From: a bacterium
GTDB taxonomy: Bacteria; Zhuqueibacterota; Zhuqueibacteria; Residuimicrobiales; Krinioviventaceae
Reading direction: 5' to 3'
Assembly: GCA_963693055.1 (NCBI GenBank)
Contig: OY843751.1
Coordinates: 3,520,001-3,584,000 of the forward strand
Length of the DNA: 64,000 bases
The notes under the pieces are model-generated. The model searched no databases. It was not told the origin of the DNA and was given only the letters and a program-made list of their open reading frames with translations. Positions 46,868 through 57,115 of this stretch are shown in pieces. Numbering within the stretch: the first letter of the stretch is position 1; every line of letters begins with the position of its first letter. Position numbers and translations under genes: made by a program.

Positions 46868-48535
46868 ATGCGTAACCTATTAATTACAGGAGTAATCGTA
46901 GTGATGGGTTTAACTCTAGTTGGTTGCAGTAATGGTGTACCGGGAAAAGCCGATACAGCCCTGGTTGAAAAAGAACTGGCTAAACTGGCACCGGTAGATC
47001 TTGAATGCGATTTATCATCTCTATCTCAAAACGACAAAAAAGCCCTGGCAAAGTTGGTTGAAGCTGCTAAAGTTATGGACCAGCTATTTTTAATCCAGGT
47101 ATCACCCGAAAATCCTGAATTAAGAGCAGAACTGGTTAAAGATCCTTCTGCGCAAAAACATCTTGAACTGTTTGACATTATGTTTGGTCCCTGGAACCGA
47201 TTGGTAGAAGACGAACCCTTTATTGGTACCGAAGAAAAACCGGAAGGTGCTGGTTTTTATCCCGTGGATATGACCAAAGAAGATTTTGATGCAGCCGTTC
47301 AGGCAAACCCGGAATTAGCAGATGCATTTAAAAGCGAATTCACAATTATTGAAAAACAAAATGGTGAATTGGTACCTGTCCCCTATCATCAACATTATAA
47401 ACAACTGGTAGACAAGGCAAGTGCACTGTTAAAAGAAGCAGCAACTCTTACAGATGACGAAACATTAAAAACATTCCTCAATCTTCGTGCAGATGCATTA
47501 CTGACTGATGATTATTTCAAAAGTGACATGGCCTGGATGGACCTTGCCGGTGATCTTGAAATTGTAATCGGTCCGTATGAAGTGTATGAAGACGGAATTT
47601 TTAATTACAAAGCAGCTTACGAAGCATTCCTGTGTATTGTGGACCATGATGAAAGTGAAAAACTTGCCCATGTTGCCCAATATCTGAATGATATGGAAGC
47701 GTATTTACCTATCCCCAAAAAGTATAAAAACTTTGAGCGAGGTTCTTCTTCACCCATCAAGGTTGTGCAGGAAGTTTTCTCAGCGGGCGATACCAAAGCC
47801 GGCATTCAAACTACTGCTTTCAACCTGCCCAATGATGAACGTGTACGTGAAGCGAAAGGCTCTAAAAAAGTGATGTTGAAAAACATTGCTCGCGCAAAAT
47901 ATGACAAATGCTGGATCCCCATTGCAAATACAATTATTGCACCGGAAGCTCTGGAAAATGTATCTTTTGATGCCTATTTCAACCACGTTCTGATGCATGA
48001 AGTAAGTCATGGCCTGGGACCCGGAAACATTACACTTGCAGATGGCACAGAAACCTCTGTAGGTAAAGAACTCAAAGAACTGTATTCTACTATTGAAGAA
48101 TGTAAAGCAGATATCTTGGGTGTTTATTTTGTAAAATTCATGATCGACAAGGGTGTATTCACCAGCGATCTTGAAGATAGCATGTTCGCTACCTATCTGG
48201 GTGGAATGTTCCGTTCTATCCGTTTTGGTATTGACGAAGCCCATGGTGGTGGTGTAGCAATTCAATTTAACTATATGATTGAACAAGGTGCATTTTTTGA
48301 AGATGCAAACGGTAAATTAAATGTAGATGAAACCAAAGTAATTCCTGCTATTAAAAAACTGGCTACCCGTATTCTCACGCTCCAGGGTGAAGGCGATTAT
48401 GATGCAGCTAAAGCTTTGATCGATGAATACCGCAAAGTTACTCCACTTATGCAGCGTTTGATTGATGAATTAAAGGATGTACCGGTAGATATACGTCCGG
48501 CTTATCCGGTTTTGACTGAATTGGAAACAATGTAA
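46868..48535 (+). CDS. Lipoprotein dipeptidyl-peptidase III-like (M49) with pentapeptide HEXXH motif
   Basis: LVGC lipobox; IGPYEVYED, AFNLPND, GSKKV.LKN, MHEVSHGLG, EECKAD. Confidence 0.88.
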   Translation: MRNLLITGVIVVMGLTLVGCSNGVPGKADTALVEKELAKLAPVDLECDLSSLSQNDKKALAKLVEAAKVMDQLFLIQVSPENPELRAELVKDPSAQKHLELFDIMFGPWNRLVEDEPFIGTEEKPEGAGFYPVDMTKEDFDAAVQANPELADAFKSEFTIIEKQNGELVPVPYHQHYKQLVDKASALLKEAATLTDDETLKTFLNLRADALLTDDYFKSDMAWMDLAGDLEIVIGPYEVYEDGIFNYKAAYEAFLCIVDHDESEKLAHVAQYLNDMEAYLPIPKKYKNFERGSSSPIKVVQEVFSAGDTKAGIQTTAFNLPNDERVREAKGSKKVMLKNIARAKYDKCWIPIANTIIAPEALENVSFDAYFNHVLMHEVSHGLGPGNITLADGTETSVGKELKELYSTIEECKADILGVYFVKFMIDKGVFTSDLEDSMFATYLGGMFRSIRFGIDEAHGGGVAIQFNYMIEQGAFFEDANGKLNVDETKVIPAIKKLATRILTLQGEGDYDAAKALIDEYRKVTPLMQRLIDELKDVPVDIRPAYPVLTELETM

Positions 48536-48552
48536 GTATGAAAGGGACAGAT

Positions 48553-50439
48553 ATGAAAAAAATCATAGGGGTTCTTATGATCGCGATATCAATGCTGTTT
48601 GCAACAGCTACAGAAAACAAAGCCCAAACACGTGAACGTTCTGAAATTGAAGATAGTTTCAAGTGGCAACTGGAAGACATGTACGCATCAGTTGCGGATT
48701 GGAACAAAACCAAAGATGAGTTGGCTCAGGAAATTGATGTTCTGGCTTCTAAAAAAGGAACTTTGGCCAATTCCGCCAAAGACCTGGCTGACGCGTTAAA
48801 ATTATCAACAGACATTACCAAAGAGTTTTACAAACTCTATAGCTATGCCAGTATGAGTTATGATGAAGACACTGGTAATTCAGAAACCATGGCCTTGCGT
48901 CAGCAAATGCAACAACTGGGAACCCAGTTTGGCGCAAAAACATCATGGATTGAACCTGAAATTCTGTCGATGGATCCTGAAAAGGTCAAAAGTTTTATTG
49001 ACTCTGAAAAAGGACTAGAGACTTATAAATTCTATCTAAATGACTTGTTACGTCGTCAAAAGCATACACTTTCTGAAAAAGAAGAAACCATTCTGGCACA
49101 ATCTTCAATGATGGCTTCAACCCCGAACGATATTTATGGTGTATTCAGCAACTCTGAATTACCTTATCCTGAAGTTACTTTGAGCGATGGTACTACCGTA
49201 ACACTGAACAAATCCAACTATTCACTGTACCGTGCTTCTACAAACCGTGAAGATCGTGAAATAGTATTTGATGCTTTTTTTGGCGCATTGTCAAAATTCA
49301 AAAATACCTTTGGTACACAATTATATGGTGAAGTAAAAACCAACTTGTTCTATGCTCGTACTCGTGGATACAATTCCAGTCTTGAACGTGCATTGGACGC
49401 AAACAATATTCCTACAGATGTTTATCTGAAACTGATTGAAAATGTAAACAATAATCTGGACTCTTTTCACAGATACCTGAAACTGAAACAACGCATGCTG
49501 GGTGTAGACACCTTGAAATATTGTGATATTTATGCACCGGTAGTTGAAGGTTTGGATCTCAATTTTGATTACAACCAGGCACAGGACATGGTTTTGGCAT
49601 CTCTTGAACCCTTGGGTGATGAATACAAGAATGTTGTACGTAAGGCGTTTGATGAACGCTGGATCGATGTTTATCCTACTCCGGGAAAACGTTCAGGTGC
49701 ATATTCCAATGGTTCTGCATATGACATACATCCCTACATTTTACTCAACTATAACGGTAAATATGATGATGTCAGCACACTGATCCATGAACTGGGTCAT
49801 ACCATGCACAGCTATTATTCAAACCATGCACAACCTTTCGAAACCTCAGATTACTCTATCTTTGTTGCCGAAGTTGCTTCTACTTTTAACGAAGCGCTGT
49901 TGATTCATGATCAGCTTGAAAAGATCAAAGACGACAAAGTTAGATTGACCTTGTTAATGAACTACCTTGACGGTCTCAAAGGTACTGTTTTCCGTCAGGC
50001 TCAGTTTGCTGAATTTGAATTAAAAATCCATGAAGCGGTTGAAAACAATCAACCCCTTACTGGTGACACATTGACCAAAATGTATGCGGATATTGTTCGC
50101 AGATATTACGGACACGACAAGGGTGTTTGTATTGTAGATGATACATGGACTTCTGAATGGGCATATATTCCCCATTTCTATTACAATTTCTATGTATATC
50201 AGTACTCTACATCTTTTACTGCATCCACAGCATTGTCTGAAAAAGTTATCAATGGTGAAAAAGGTGCGGTTGAAAAATACCTTAAATTCATTTCTTCCGG
50301 TGGCAGCGATTATCCCATCAACCAACTCAAAGATGCGGGTGTAGACATGACCACATCCGATCCTTTTAACAAGACAATGGAAAAAATGAACAAAGTAATT
50401 GATGAGATTGAAGACATTTTGGCAAAAAATGTATTATAG
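48553..50439 (+). CDS. pepF: Oligoendopeptidase F (M3B) with N-terminal signal peptide
   Basis: WQLEDMY, GKRSGAY, HPYILLNY, HELGHTMH, VAEVAST, IPHFY..FYVYQY. Confidence 0.93.
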   Translation: MKKIIGVLMIAISMLFATATENKAQTRERSEIEDSFKWQLEDMYASVADWNKTKDELAQEIDVLASKKGTLANSAKDLADALKLSTDITKEFYKLYSYASMSYDEDTGNSETMALRQQMQQLGTQFGAKTSWIEPEILSMDPEKVKSFIDSEKGLETYKFYLNDLLRRQKHTLSEKEETILAQSSMMASTPNDIYGVFSNSELPYPEVTLSDGTTVTLNKSNYSLYRASTNREDREIVFDAFFGALSKFKNTFGTQLYGEVKTNLFYARTRGYNSSLERALDANNIPTDVYLKLIENVNNNLDSFHRYLKLKQRMLGVDTLKYCDIYAPVVEGLDLNFDYNQAQDMVLASLEPLGDEYKNVVRKAFDERWIDVYPTPGKRSGAYSNGSAYDIHPYILLNYNGKYDDVSTLIHELGHTMHSYYSNHAQPFETSDYSIFVAEVASTFNEALLIHDQLEKIKDDKVRLTLLMNYLDGLKGTVFRQAQFAEFELKIHEAVENNQPLTGDTLTKMYADIVRRYYGHDKGVCIVDDTWTSEWAYIPHFYYNFYVYQYSTSFTASTALSEKVINGEKGAVEKYLKFISSGGSDYPINQLKDAGVDMTTSDPFNKTMEKMNKVIDEIEDILAKNVL

Positions 50440-50444
50440 ATAAC

Positions 50445-50477
50445 AAAAAAGCCGGTTCATTCAGAACCGGCTTTTTT
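50445..50477. terminator. Bidirectional terminator between convergent pepF and rlmL-like genes
   Basis: AAAAAAGCCGGTTC-ATTCA-GAACCGGCTTTTTT, overlapping the last codons of the minus-strand gene. Confidence 0.85.
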
Positions 50478-51614
50478 TATTTTCCGTGTACCCGAGTACA
50501 ATTCATATTCCAACAAACGACATTCTATAGGCCCATTATAAAAGATTTTTTTACTTTTTGTTTTAAGACCTACCTTTTTACCAAGATCCAGATTCCCTGT
50601 AAAAACATACCCCATATAACCGTGGCAGCTCTGTTTAAAAAAATCGCCAATTCCCTGGTAAACCGGTTCTAAACGCTTTTCTTCATTCAAACGTACACCA
50701 TATTCGGGATTTAGAATAACTATACCTTCATCACCGGGAACCTTGGTTTCACTATAATCGCAAACATCAAAAGTAAGCAAACGATGCACACCCGCAGTTT
50801 CAGCATTTCTTTGAGCAGCAAATATAGCATCTTTAGAAATATCACTGGCTATTATGGGAACATCCACTCCTTTTGATTGTTTTCTGCACGCAAGTCTTAC
50901 CTCTTTATAGATGTTTGCGTCATACGGTTTCAAGTGCATGAAACCAAAATTGGTGCGCAATAATCCGGGTGCCTTGTCAGCAGCTATCAAAGCCGCTTCA
51001 ATGGCAAGGGTACCGCTACCACACATGGGATTAACAAACGCACTCTCTCCTCTCCATCCTGTTGAAAGAATAAGCGCGGCTGCCAGACATTCCTGCATAG
51101 GCGCTTTGTAGGGCATTTTTCGATATCCACGTTTTGCCAGCGGTTCTCCGGAAGTATCCAAATAAATTGCGCCTTCATTTTCCCGCCAGTATAAAAACAA
51201 AACAGCTTTACTGCGGTCAGAACCCGAATCCGGGCGGCGGCCAAATTTTTCCTGCATGCGGTCTACTACTGCATCTTTGCATTTTAAATTGGCAAAACGT
51301 GTATCTCGTATATTTTCATTGCTCACCGATGATGTGATGCTGAAATATCCATGTTCAGACAAATAGTCTTCCCAGGGGACCTGTCTTATATGTTTATACA
51401 TGTCATCAGGAGTACGTGCATTGAAATCTTTTAAATGGTACAAGACACGCAATCCAGTTCGTAAATGAAAATTTAATTTTATCGTATCGTTGAATGTACC
51501 TTCGGTAAATACACCGAGCTGTTTTTCATCCAAAACCGGAAAACCGAGTTCTCTTATTTCTTCAGCTAGTACGCCGGAAATTCCTTTGGCACATGTTACC
51601 AGTATTTTTGCCAT
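50457..51614 (-). CDS. rlmL: THUMP-domain rRNA methyltransferase (RlmL-like, N-terminal half of RlmKL)
   Basis: KDAVVD, DTSGEPLAKRGYR, AP..E.LAAA, NPMCGSGT, NPEYG.RL, YNGPIEC. Confidence 0.88.
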   Translation of the reverse strand: MAKILVTCAKGISGVLAEEIRELGFPVLDEKQLGVFTEGTFNDTIKLNFHLRTGLRVLYHLKDFNARTPDDMYKHIRQVPWEDYLSEHGYFSITSSVSNENIRDTRFANLKCKDAVVDRMQEKFGRRPDSGSDRSKAVLFLYWRENEGAIYLDTSGEPLAKRGYRKMPYKAPMQECLAAALILSTGWRGESAFVNPMCGSGTLAIEAALIAADKAPGLLRTNFGFMHLKPYDANIYKEVRLACRKQSKGVDVPIIASDISKDAIFAAQRNAETAGVHRLLTFDVCDYSETKVPGDEGIVILNPEYGVRLNEEKRLEPVYQGIGDFFKQSCHGYMGYVFTGNLDLGKKVGLKTKSKKIFYNGPIECRLLEYELYSGTRKIKKAGSE

Positions 51615-51700
51615 ATTCTAAATAAATTCCTGTTTTATAATTCTCGAATATGAATATACTCTTTTTATGTCAATTAATCACGGATTAATTAAGAATACAT

Positions 51701-51727
51701 AAAAAAAGCCCGGTTTATACGGGCTTT
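51701..51727 (-). terminator. Intrinsic terminator ending the apiose/pectate lyase operon
   Basis: AAAGCCCG...CGGGCTTT with a 7-U run on the minus strand. Confidence 0.75.
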
Positions 51728-51805
51728 AATCAAATATGTTTTGATCAAAAAAACGAACCAGCGCAATAATGAATAACCAGCTAATTTAATCAGAAATTAA
51801 ACATT

Positions 51806-53200
51806 TCAATCAACAATACTATTCAAGTATTTCTCCAACATGGTATAACCGTCTTTAGCTATGATATTTCTATCATTGGGATCGTCTTTATTTAGATGAT
51901 TCTCAATCTCCCAAACATCAGGCATGCCATCATTATCAGAATCTGTGGGGGCCGGAGCACTTTTAAGTATTGGCCAGCCACCAACATCATTTTGGGTGTC
52001 AATAATGCCACATATTTTTGATGGATCAGCAACCTGGTGCTCATTTTTATAACTGAGCCCTTCAAAGGTTGCATTGCCTGTACGTACTTCGTTAATAATT
52101 CTTTTATCAATGGCATCTCTTTTGGGCACAATTGCGCCCGCATTGTTTAGAACAGTTTGGTAAGCTTTTTGGGCAGTTTGTTGTTTAATAGACATGGATG
52201 GCCAGGGTTCATCAAGTTTGATTTTTTCTACAGATATATCCGTTTGTACTCCTCCATCCCAATTATGGGCTGAAACCTCATCATTACCCTCAACAACATT
52301 ATCTGCGATGTACCATTTTCCATGATCTGTTTCGCTTCTAAAAGAGGGACTGGCAATTCGGTACGATACATTACCGGGCTTTGTAGCCGGACCCGGTTTA
52401 TAATAATTGGCAACAATATTAAAACTGGAAAAATTAAATCGATCATCACCGGTTTGAAACTTTTCACCACCGTAAAGGCTTTGATACCCCCAGTTATAGA
52501 TCACATTATTTCTATAATCCGTATATCCGGAACCCGAAGCCATTCTCGGATTTCTACTGCTATGATGCGCCAGCAGATTATGATGATAGGAACTATAATT
52601 ACTTCCCCAAATACCACCAAAACCGTGAGAACCTTTGATATGATTAGATTTACTCATACTTTCTGAAATAATGCACCATTGAACCGTCACACTATCGCAA
52701 TGATAGATCGACATACACTCATCAACACTCCAGCTTGCTGATATATGGTCAAGAATAATATTTTTAGTAAATCGGCTCGATATGGCATCATAATCATTAC
52801 CCGATTCATCCCCCAGTCTTACCCGAAGGTATCTGATGATGACATGGTCCGCATCAATACTAATGGGATGTCTTTTAATACAAATACCATCACCCGGTGC
52901 TGTTTGGCCAGCTATGGTAATATACGGTTTCTTGATTTTTAATGGACTTTCAAGATCTATTGTACCAGACACCTCAAAAACAACTGTTCGTGGACCTGAG
53001 GCCTCAATCGCAGCTCTTAGACTTCCTTCTCCGCTATCATTCAAATTGGTAACTTTGTATACAACACCACCCCGACCGCCTGATGTATATTTCCCATAAC
53101 CCTCGGCTCCGGGAAAAGCGAGTTGTTGAGAATGTAGCTGTCCAAATATTATTAAGATTATAAACAATACTACTGATTTAAAAATGTAAAAATACTTCAT
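51806..53200 (-). CDS. Secreted pectate lyase (PL1, Bacteroidota-type)
   Basis: AFPGAEGYG..GGRGG.VY.VTNLNDSGEGSLR, TIAGQTAPG, DHISASWSVDE, RNPR, C-terminal DSDNDGMPD.WE. Confidence 0.92.
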   Translation of the reverse strand: MKYFYIFKSVVLFIILIIFGQLHSQQLAFPGAEGYGKYTSGGRGGVVYKVTNLNDSGEGSLRAAIEASGPRTVVFEVSGTIDLESPLKIKKPYITIAGQTAPGDGICIKRHPISIDADHVIIRYLRVRLGDESGNDYDAISSRFTKNIILDHISASWSVDECMSIYHCDSVTVQWCIISESMSKSNHIKGSHGFGGIWGSNYSSYHHNLLAHHSSRNPRMASGSGYTDYRNNVIYNWGYQSLYGGEKFQTGDDRFNFSSFNIVANYYKPGPATKPGNVSYRIASPSFRSETDHGKWYIADNVVEGNDEVSAHNWDGGVQTDISVEKIKLDEPWPSMSIKQQTAQKAYQTVLNNAGAIVPKRDAIDKRIINEVRTGNATFEGLSYKNEHQVADPSKICGIIDTQNDVGGWPILKSAPAPTDSDNDGMPDVWEIENHLNKDDPNDRNIIAKDGYTMLEKYLNSIVD

Positions 53201-53219
53201 AGTTTACTCTCGTCTTAAA

Positions 53220-54662
53220 TTATTCAACGGTAACAACTATCCGTTGATATCTCGTTAATTGCGGTGTTCCTGAATCTTTTACCTCGCAAATGACATGAAG
53301 GGTTTCACCTTTAGCAGCATCTTTAGGAATAATAAAGGATGCCTGTTCCTGCCCTGCATCTTTAATATCAATGATTCCATCATAGGTATCCGCTTCTTTA
53401 TATTGCCACCATTGATATGTAAGATCATCTCCATCCGGATCGGTTGTGCCCTTGGCGTTTAAATTCACCAAATCACCCGGTTTAGCCTGCAAATCATTTG
53501 CATGTGCCAGCCTAACGATTGGCGGATGATTGGCCTCATCATACGAATTCACACACCAGTCGGCACGGGCAGCAAAATCATTTTGAAACGCATCGGACCA
53601 TCTCCAAATGGGTTTAAAATATTCAGCATGGTCATTACTGTTTGATACAGTTGCGCCTTTTTTAGAACTCGTTCTTCCCCATGCCGATGAGCCATACCAC
53701 CGACCTTTAGGATATTCATAACCTTTTTCTGGTACCGGATCAAGCCAGGTGTTCTCTCGAATGCGTACATAGCGACCACCCCAGCCTCCCCAGTCCGGAG
53801 ATTCAAGGTTTCGCAAACCGGTAACAATCGCGTGCATAAATGAGGGCGAATCGCCTTCGGAACGGAAATCCCCGTCATCAAATCCTTTATCGCCTGCTTT
53901 GTGTGCTTTGTAAAGCGAGCACAAAGGACCATGATTATCTAATATATTGCTTTTCATCCACTCGCCAACATAATATGGATGCATATCCTGGGGCTGACAG
54001 GTCTTCCATCGATAGGCAATGGCCTCAAACTGGTCAGAAATAATGGTTAGGATATTATATTTGCCCCAATGCGGACGAATATATGCCTGATAGGTTGAAT
54101 CCTGTTCCCAGATAAAAAAGAAGCGGATTTTGTTGGCCACCTCTTGCATACGATCAGGATGATCTTCTTCAATTGTCCTGAGCGCTCGCGCTATAGTATT
54201 GGTTCCACCCCAGGCCTGCAGCCAAACCGGACGATCATCAGATTTGTCCAATAATACTTTGACAATCAACTCTGAACCGGCAGTTATTTTATCCATTTCA
54301 CCTTCAGTTTCAACATTTCCAAGTGCTGTACGTGCTTTAAGGTAATCCGGAGTAGGATATTCAGGATCATGCTTGACCAGGTTGGGATAAACCTGCGTGT
54401 ACGCATCAAGATAGGGATCAAGCCAGTCATCACCGGCCCACCGGTGTCCGTGCCAGTGATATTGCGAACTGGAGGTTACAATCGCTTCAATGTCCCAGTC
54501 ATTGGTATAAAGCAGACAACGCACCATGGAACACTCGTCATCAATCTCTCCATCACTGGTAATAATAACGCGTGGTTTTTCTGAATCTTGAGACTGGTTT
54601 ACGGCAAACACATATAATGATGTTAACAAAATAATTAATAGTATAAAATTTATGATTTTCAT
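53220..54662 (-). CDS. Secreted DUF1593 (nucleoside-hydrolase-like) protein with C-terminal Ig-like domain
   Basis: Signal peptide; PRVIITSDGEIDDECSMVR.LLY.N, WGGTNT, EGDSPSF, WGGWGGR, NDFAARADW, ANHPP, DPDGD, TRYQR. Confidence 0.87.
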   Translation of the reverse strand: MKIINFILLIILLTSLYVFAVNQSQDSEKPRVIITSDGEIDDECSMVRCLLYTNDWDIEAIVTSSSQYHWHGHRWAGDDWLDPYLDAYTQVYPNLVKHDPEYPTPDYLKARTALGNVETEGEMDKITAGSELIVKVLLDKSDDRPVWLQAWGGTNTIARALRTIEEDHPDRMQEVANKIRFFFIWEQDSTYQAYIRPHWGKYNILTIISDQFEAIAYRWKTCQPQDMHPYYVGEWMKSNILDNHGPLCSLYKAHKAGDKGFDDGDFRSEGDSPSFMHAIVTGLRNLESPDWGGWGGRYVRIRENTWLDPVPEKGYEYPKGRWYGSSAWGRTSSKKGATVSNSNDHAEYFKPIWRWSDAFQNDFAARADWCVNSYDEANHPPIVRLAHANDLQAKPGDLVNLNAKGTTDPDGDDLTYQWWQYKEADTYDGIIDIKDAGQEQASFIIPKDAAKGETLHVICEVKDSGTPQLTRYQRIVVTVE

Positions 54663-54673
54663 TAAACAAATCC

Positions 54674-56161
54674 TCAATTTAATAATGCCACAGCAGACTG
54701 CCATCCCTTGTAATCATTCATCACATCAGGATTCTCCAGGGGATAATACACAATATGATCATATTTCAATTGTTTCAAATCATTCAGGTCTTTATACATA
54801 CCTGAACCCAATCCAGCCATTAATCCAGCACCCAGTGCAGAAATATCGGCTATACCTATATTATTTACATTAACACGCAAAAGGTCAGAGATAAACTGCA
54901 TTACAAATTTATTATTGGTAATACCACCATCGGCCATCAGTTCCTTTAAGGAAATGCCGGCATCTGCTTCCATAGCAGTGATCACGTCTTTTATCTGGTA
55001 AGGAATGGATTCCAATGCAGCCCGAACAATATGACGCTTGTCCGCACCAAAGGTCAAACCGCTGATCACAGCCCTTGCATCCATCTGCCAATGCGGCGCA
55101 CCTAATCCGCTGAATGCAGGTACCAAGTACACGCCTTCATTGCCATCCAAAGCAGTGGCCATAGCTTCTGTTTCTGACGAATCCGAAAATAGTCCCAACT
55201 GGTTCTTGAGCCAATTGATACTTGCTCCCGCAGTAACAATAATGCCTTCCAAGGCATAATCCGTTCTGTCAGCAGTGCTCCAGCAAATCGTTGCAACCAT
55301 ACCATTCTTAGATTCTACCCTTTTGCTGCCGGTATTCATCAAAATGGAGGAACCCGTACCCAAGGTAACTTTGGCATCTCCGGGAGCAAAGCATCCTTCG
55401 CCGAAAGCAGCCGCGTGCGAGTCTCCAATCATGCCGGTTATGGGAATAGGAGCTTCAAACACACCTTCAAAATCAGATGAACCATAATTATAAGCAGAGG
55501 GTTTGGGTTCGGGAAGGTTTAGTTTCTCCACACCAAACAATTTCAGCATTTCACTGTCCCATTTCAGCTCATTTATATTGAAAAACAGGGTTCGTGATGC
55601 ATTGGTATAATCCGTATAATAACTTTTTGCCTGTGTCAATTTATATAAAAGCCAGGAATCCACAGTACCGCCAAAAGCTTTGCCTGAATCAATTGCTGAT
55701 TTTACTATATCACTGTTCTCATTCAACCACATGACTTTAGTACCGGAAAAATAAGGATCAATGATTAAACCGGTGCGGGCTGTGATTTCTTTTTCAACAT
55801 CCTGCGTTTTGAGTCGGTTACAGATTTCTACCGAACGTTTGCACTGCCAAACTACCGCATTATGTAACGGATTGCCTGTTTCATCCCATAGTAAATAGGT
55901 TTCACGCTGGTTCGAGATTCCGCATGTGTTAATATTGTTCAAATCACCGCCCTGTTGTTTATACTGATCTACACACTGGTGAACGGATTCAATAACCGTT
56001 TGATAAATTTCTTCAGGGTTCTGTTCTACAAAACCGGGTTTGGGATAACTTGAAGCCAGTTCCACAGTTGCTTTAACAATCAGCTTTCCATTTTCGTCAA
56101 ATAAAACAGTTTTTGTTCCACTGGTGCCCTGATCAATCGCCAGGATTAATTTCTGCTGCAT
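54674..56161 (-). CDS. aplK: FGGY-family kinase, probable D-apulose kinase (glycerol kinase-like)
   Basis: DQGTSGTK, ISNQRET, PYFSGTK, TNASRT, GDSHAA, PAFSGLGAP; GlpK glycerol-binding WQ.RR/DQQ replaced by WQCKR/DSH; operon context. Confidence 0.75.
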   Translation of the reverse strand: MQQKLILAIDQGTSGTKTVLFDENGKLIVKATVELASSYPKPGFVEQNPEEIYQTVIESVHQCVDQYKQQGGDLNNINTCGISNQRETYLLWDETGNPLHNAVVWQCKRSVEICNRLKTQDVEKEITARTGLIIDPYFSGTKVMWLNENSDIVKSAIDSGKAFGGTVDSWLLYKLTQAKSYYTDYTNASRTLFFNINELKWDSEMLKLFGVEKLNLPEPKPSAYNYGSSDFEGVFEAPIPITGMIGDSHAAAFGEGCFAPGDAKVTLGTGSSILMNTGSKRVESKNGMVATICWSTADRTDYALEGIIVTAGASINWLKNQLGLFSDSSETEAMATALDGNEGVYLVPAFSGLGAPHWQMDARAVISGLTFGADKRHIVRAALESIPYQIKDVITAMEADAGISLKELMADGGITNNKFVMQFISDLLRVNVNNIGIADISALGAGLMAGLGSGMYKDLNDLKQLKYDHIVYYPLENPDVMNDYKGWQSAVALLN

Positions 56162-56170
56162 GAAAAATCC

Positions 56171-57115
56171 TTACTTTAATAATTGCTTTGCGGTTTCTGC
56201 CAATCCTTGTGCAGAAATACCATAATGACCAAATATTTCCAATTGACTACCAGTAACCGTATATTCATCAGGAATGCCTACACGCTTGAACGCGGTAGAT
56301 ATACCAGCTTCCAGAATTAGTGCGGCAACGGCCTCTCCCAGACCACCATTAACCAGATGTTCTTCTACTGTTATTACTGCATTACAGGATTGGGCCGCTG
56401 ATAAAATCGCTTCATTGTCCAGAGGTTTTATGGTATGCATACTTATCACTCTTGCAAATATTCCATAATCTGCCAGTTCCTCAGCAGCTGCAAGTGCATG
56501 ATAGACCGTTTCTCCTGTAGCAATTAAGGCAACATCATCACCTTTGCGCAAGGTTATGGCTTTGCCCGGTTCAAACACTGTATTTTCCGAGTGCAGATCA
56601 TACATGGGGCGTTTTCCAAACCGAACATAAACGGGATGCGGCATTTCAGCCGCAGCCATAATAGCATGACGGGTTTCAAAATTATCAGCAGGTACCATTA
56701 TCATTATATTATTAATAGCTCGCAATACAGCCAGATCGTGCAGTGAGTGGTGTGTAGAACCCAGGGCACCATAACTGACACCCGAGCTAATACCCACCAA
56801 CGTTACGGGATTATCAGAATAACAGACATCATTTTTGATCTGATCTAACGCACGGGCAGATAAAAAACAGCCCGGTGATACGGCAAAAACTTTTTTACCT
56901 GTAGATGCAAGTCCGGCAGATATGCCTACCAGATTCTGTTCAGCAATACCAACTTCAACAATCTGGTTTGGATATTTTTCTCCAAAAGGTACCAGTTTCC
57001 CTGACCCGCGGGAATCACTGGTTACTGCAAATATCGATTTATCTGTCTCTGCCAGTTCCATTAAGGTATTGGCAAAGACCTCAAGATTGGGTTTTCCTAA
57101 TACAAGGGAATTCAT
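56171..57115 (-). CDS. aptB: Transketolase C-terminal subunit (apulose-4-phosphate transketolase B-like)
   Basis: GIAEQNLVG, DQIKND, LGSTHHS, YVRFGK, TIKPLD, EEH...GGLG. Confidence 0.8.
   Translation of the reverse strand: MNSLVLGKPNLEVFANTLMELAETDKSIFAVTSDSRGSGKLVPFGEKYPNQIVEVGIAEQNLVGISAGLASTGKKVFAVSPGCFLSARALDQIKNDVCYSDNPVTLVGISSGVSYGALGSTHHSLHDLAVLRAINNIMIMVPADNFETRHAIMAAAEMPHPVYVRFGKRPMYDLHSENTVFEPGKAITLRKGDDVALIATGETVYHALAAAEELADYGIFARVISMHTIKPLDNEAILSAAQSCNAVITVEEHLVNGGLGEAVAALILEAGISTAFKRVGIPDEYTVTGSQLEIFGHYGISAQGLAETAKQLLK

Noticed and set aside
54674-56161. Annotation as glycerol kinase glpK
   Set aside because: Glycerol-binding motifs are altered, no glpF/glpD, and it sits in an isomerase/transketolase sugar operon
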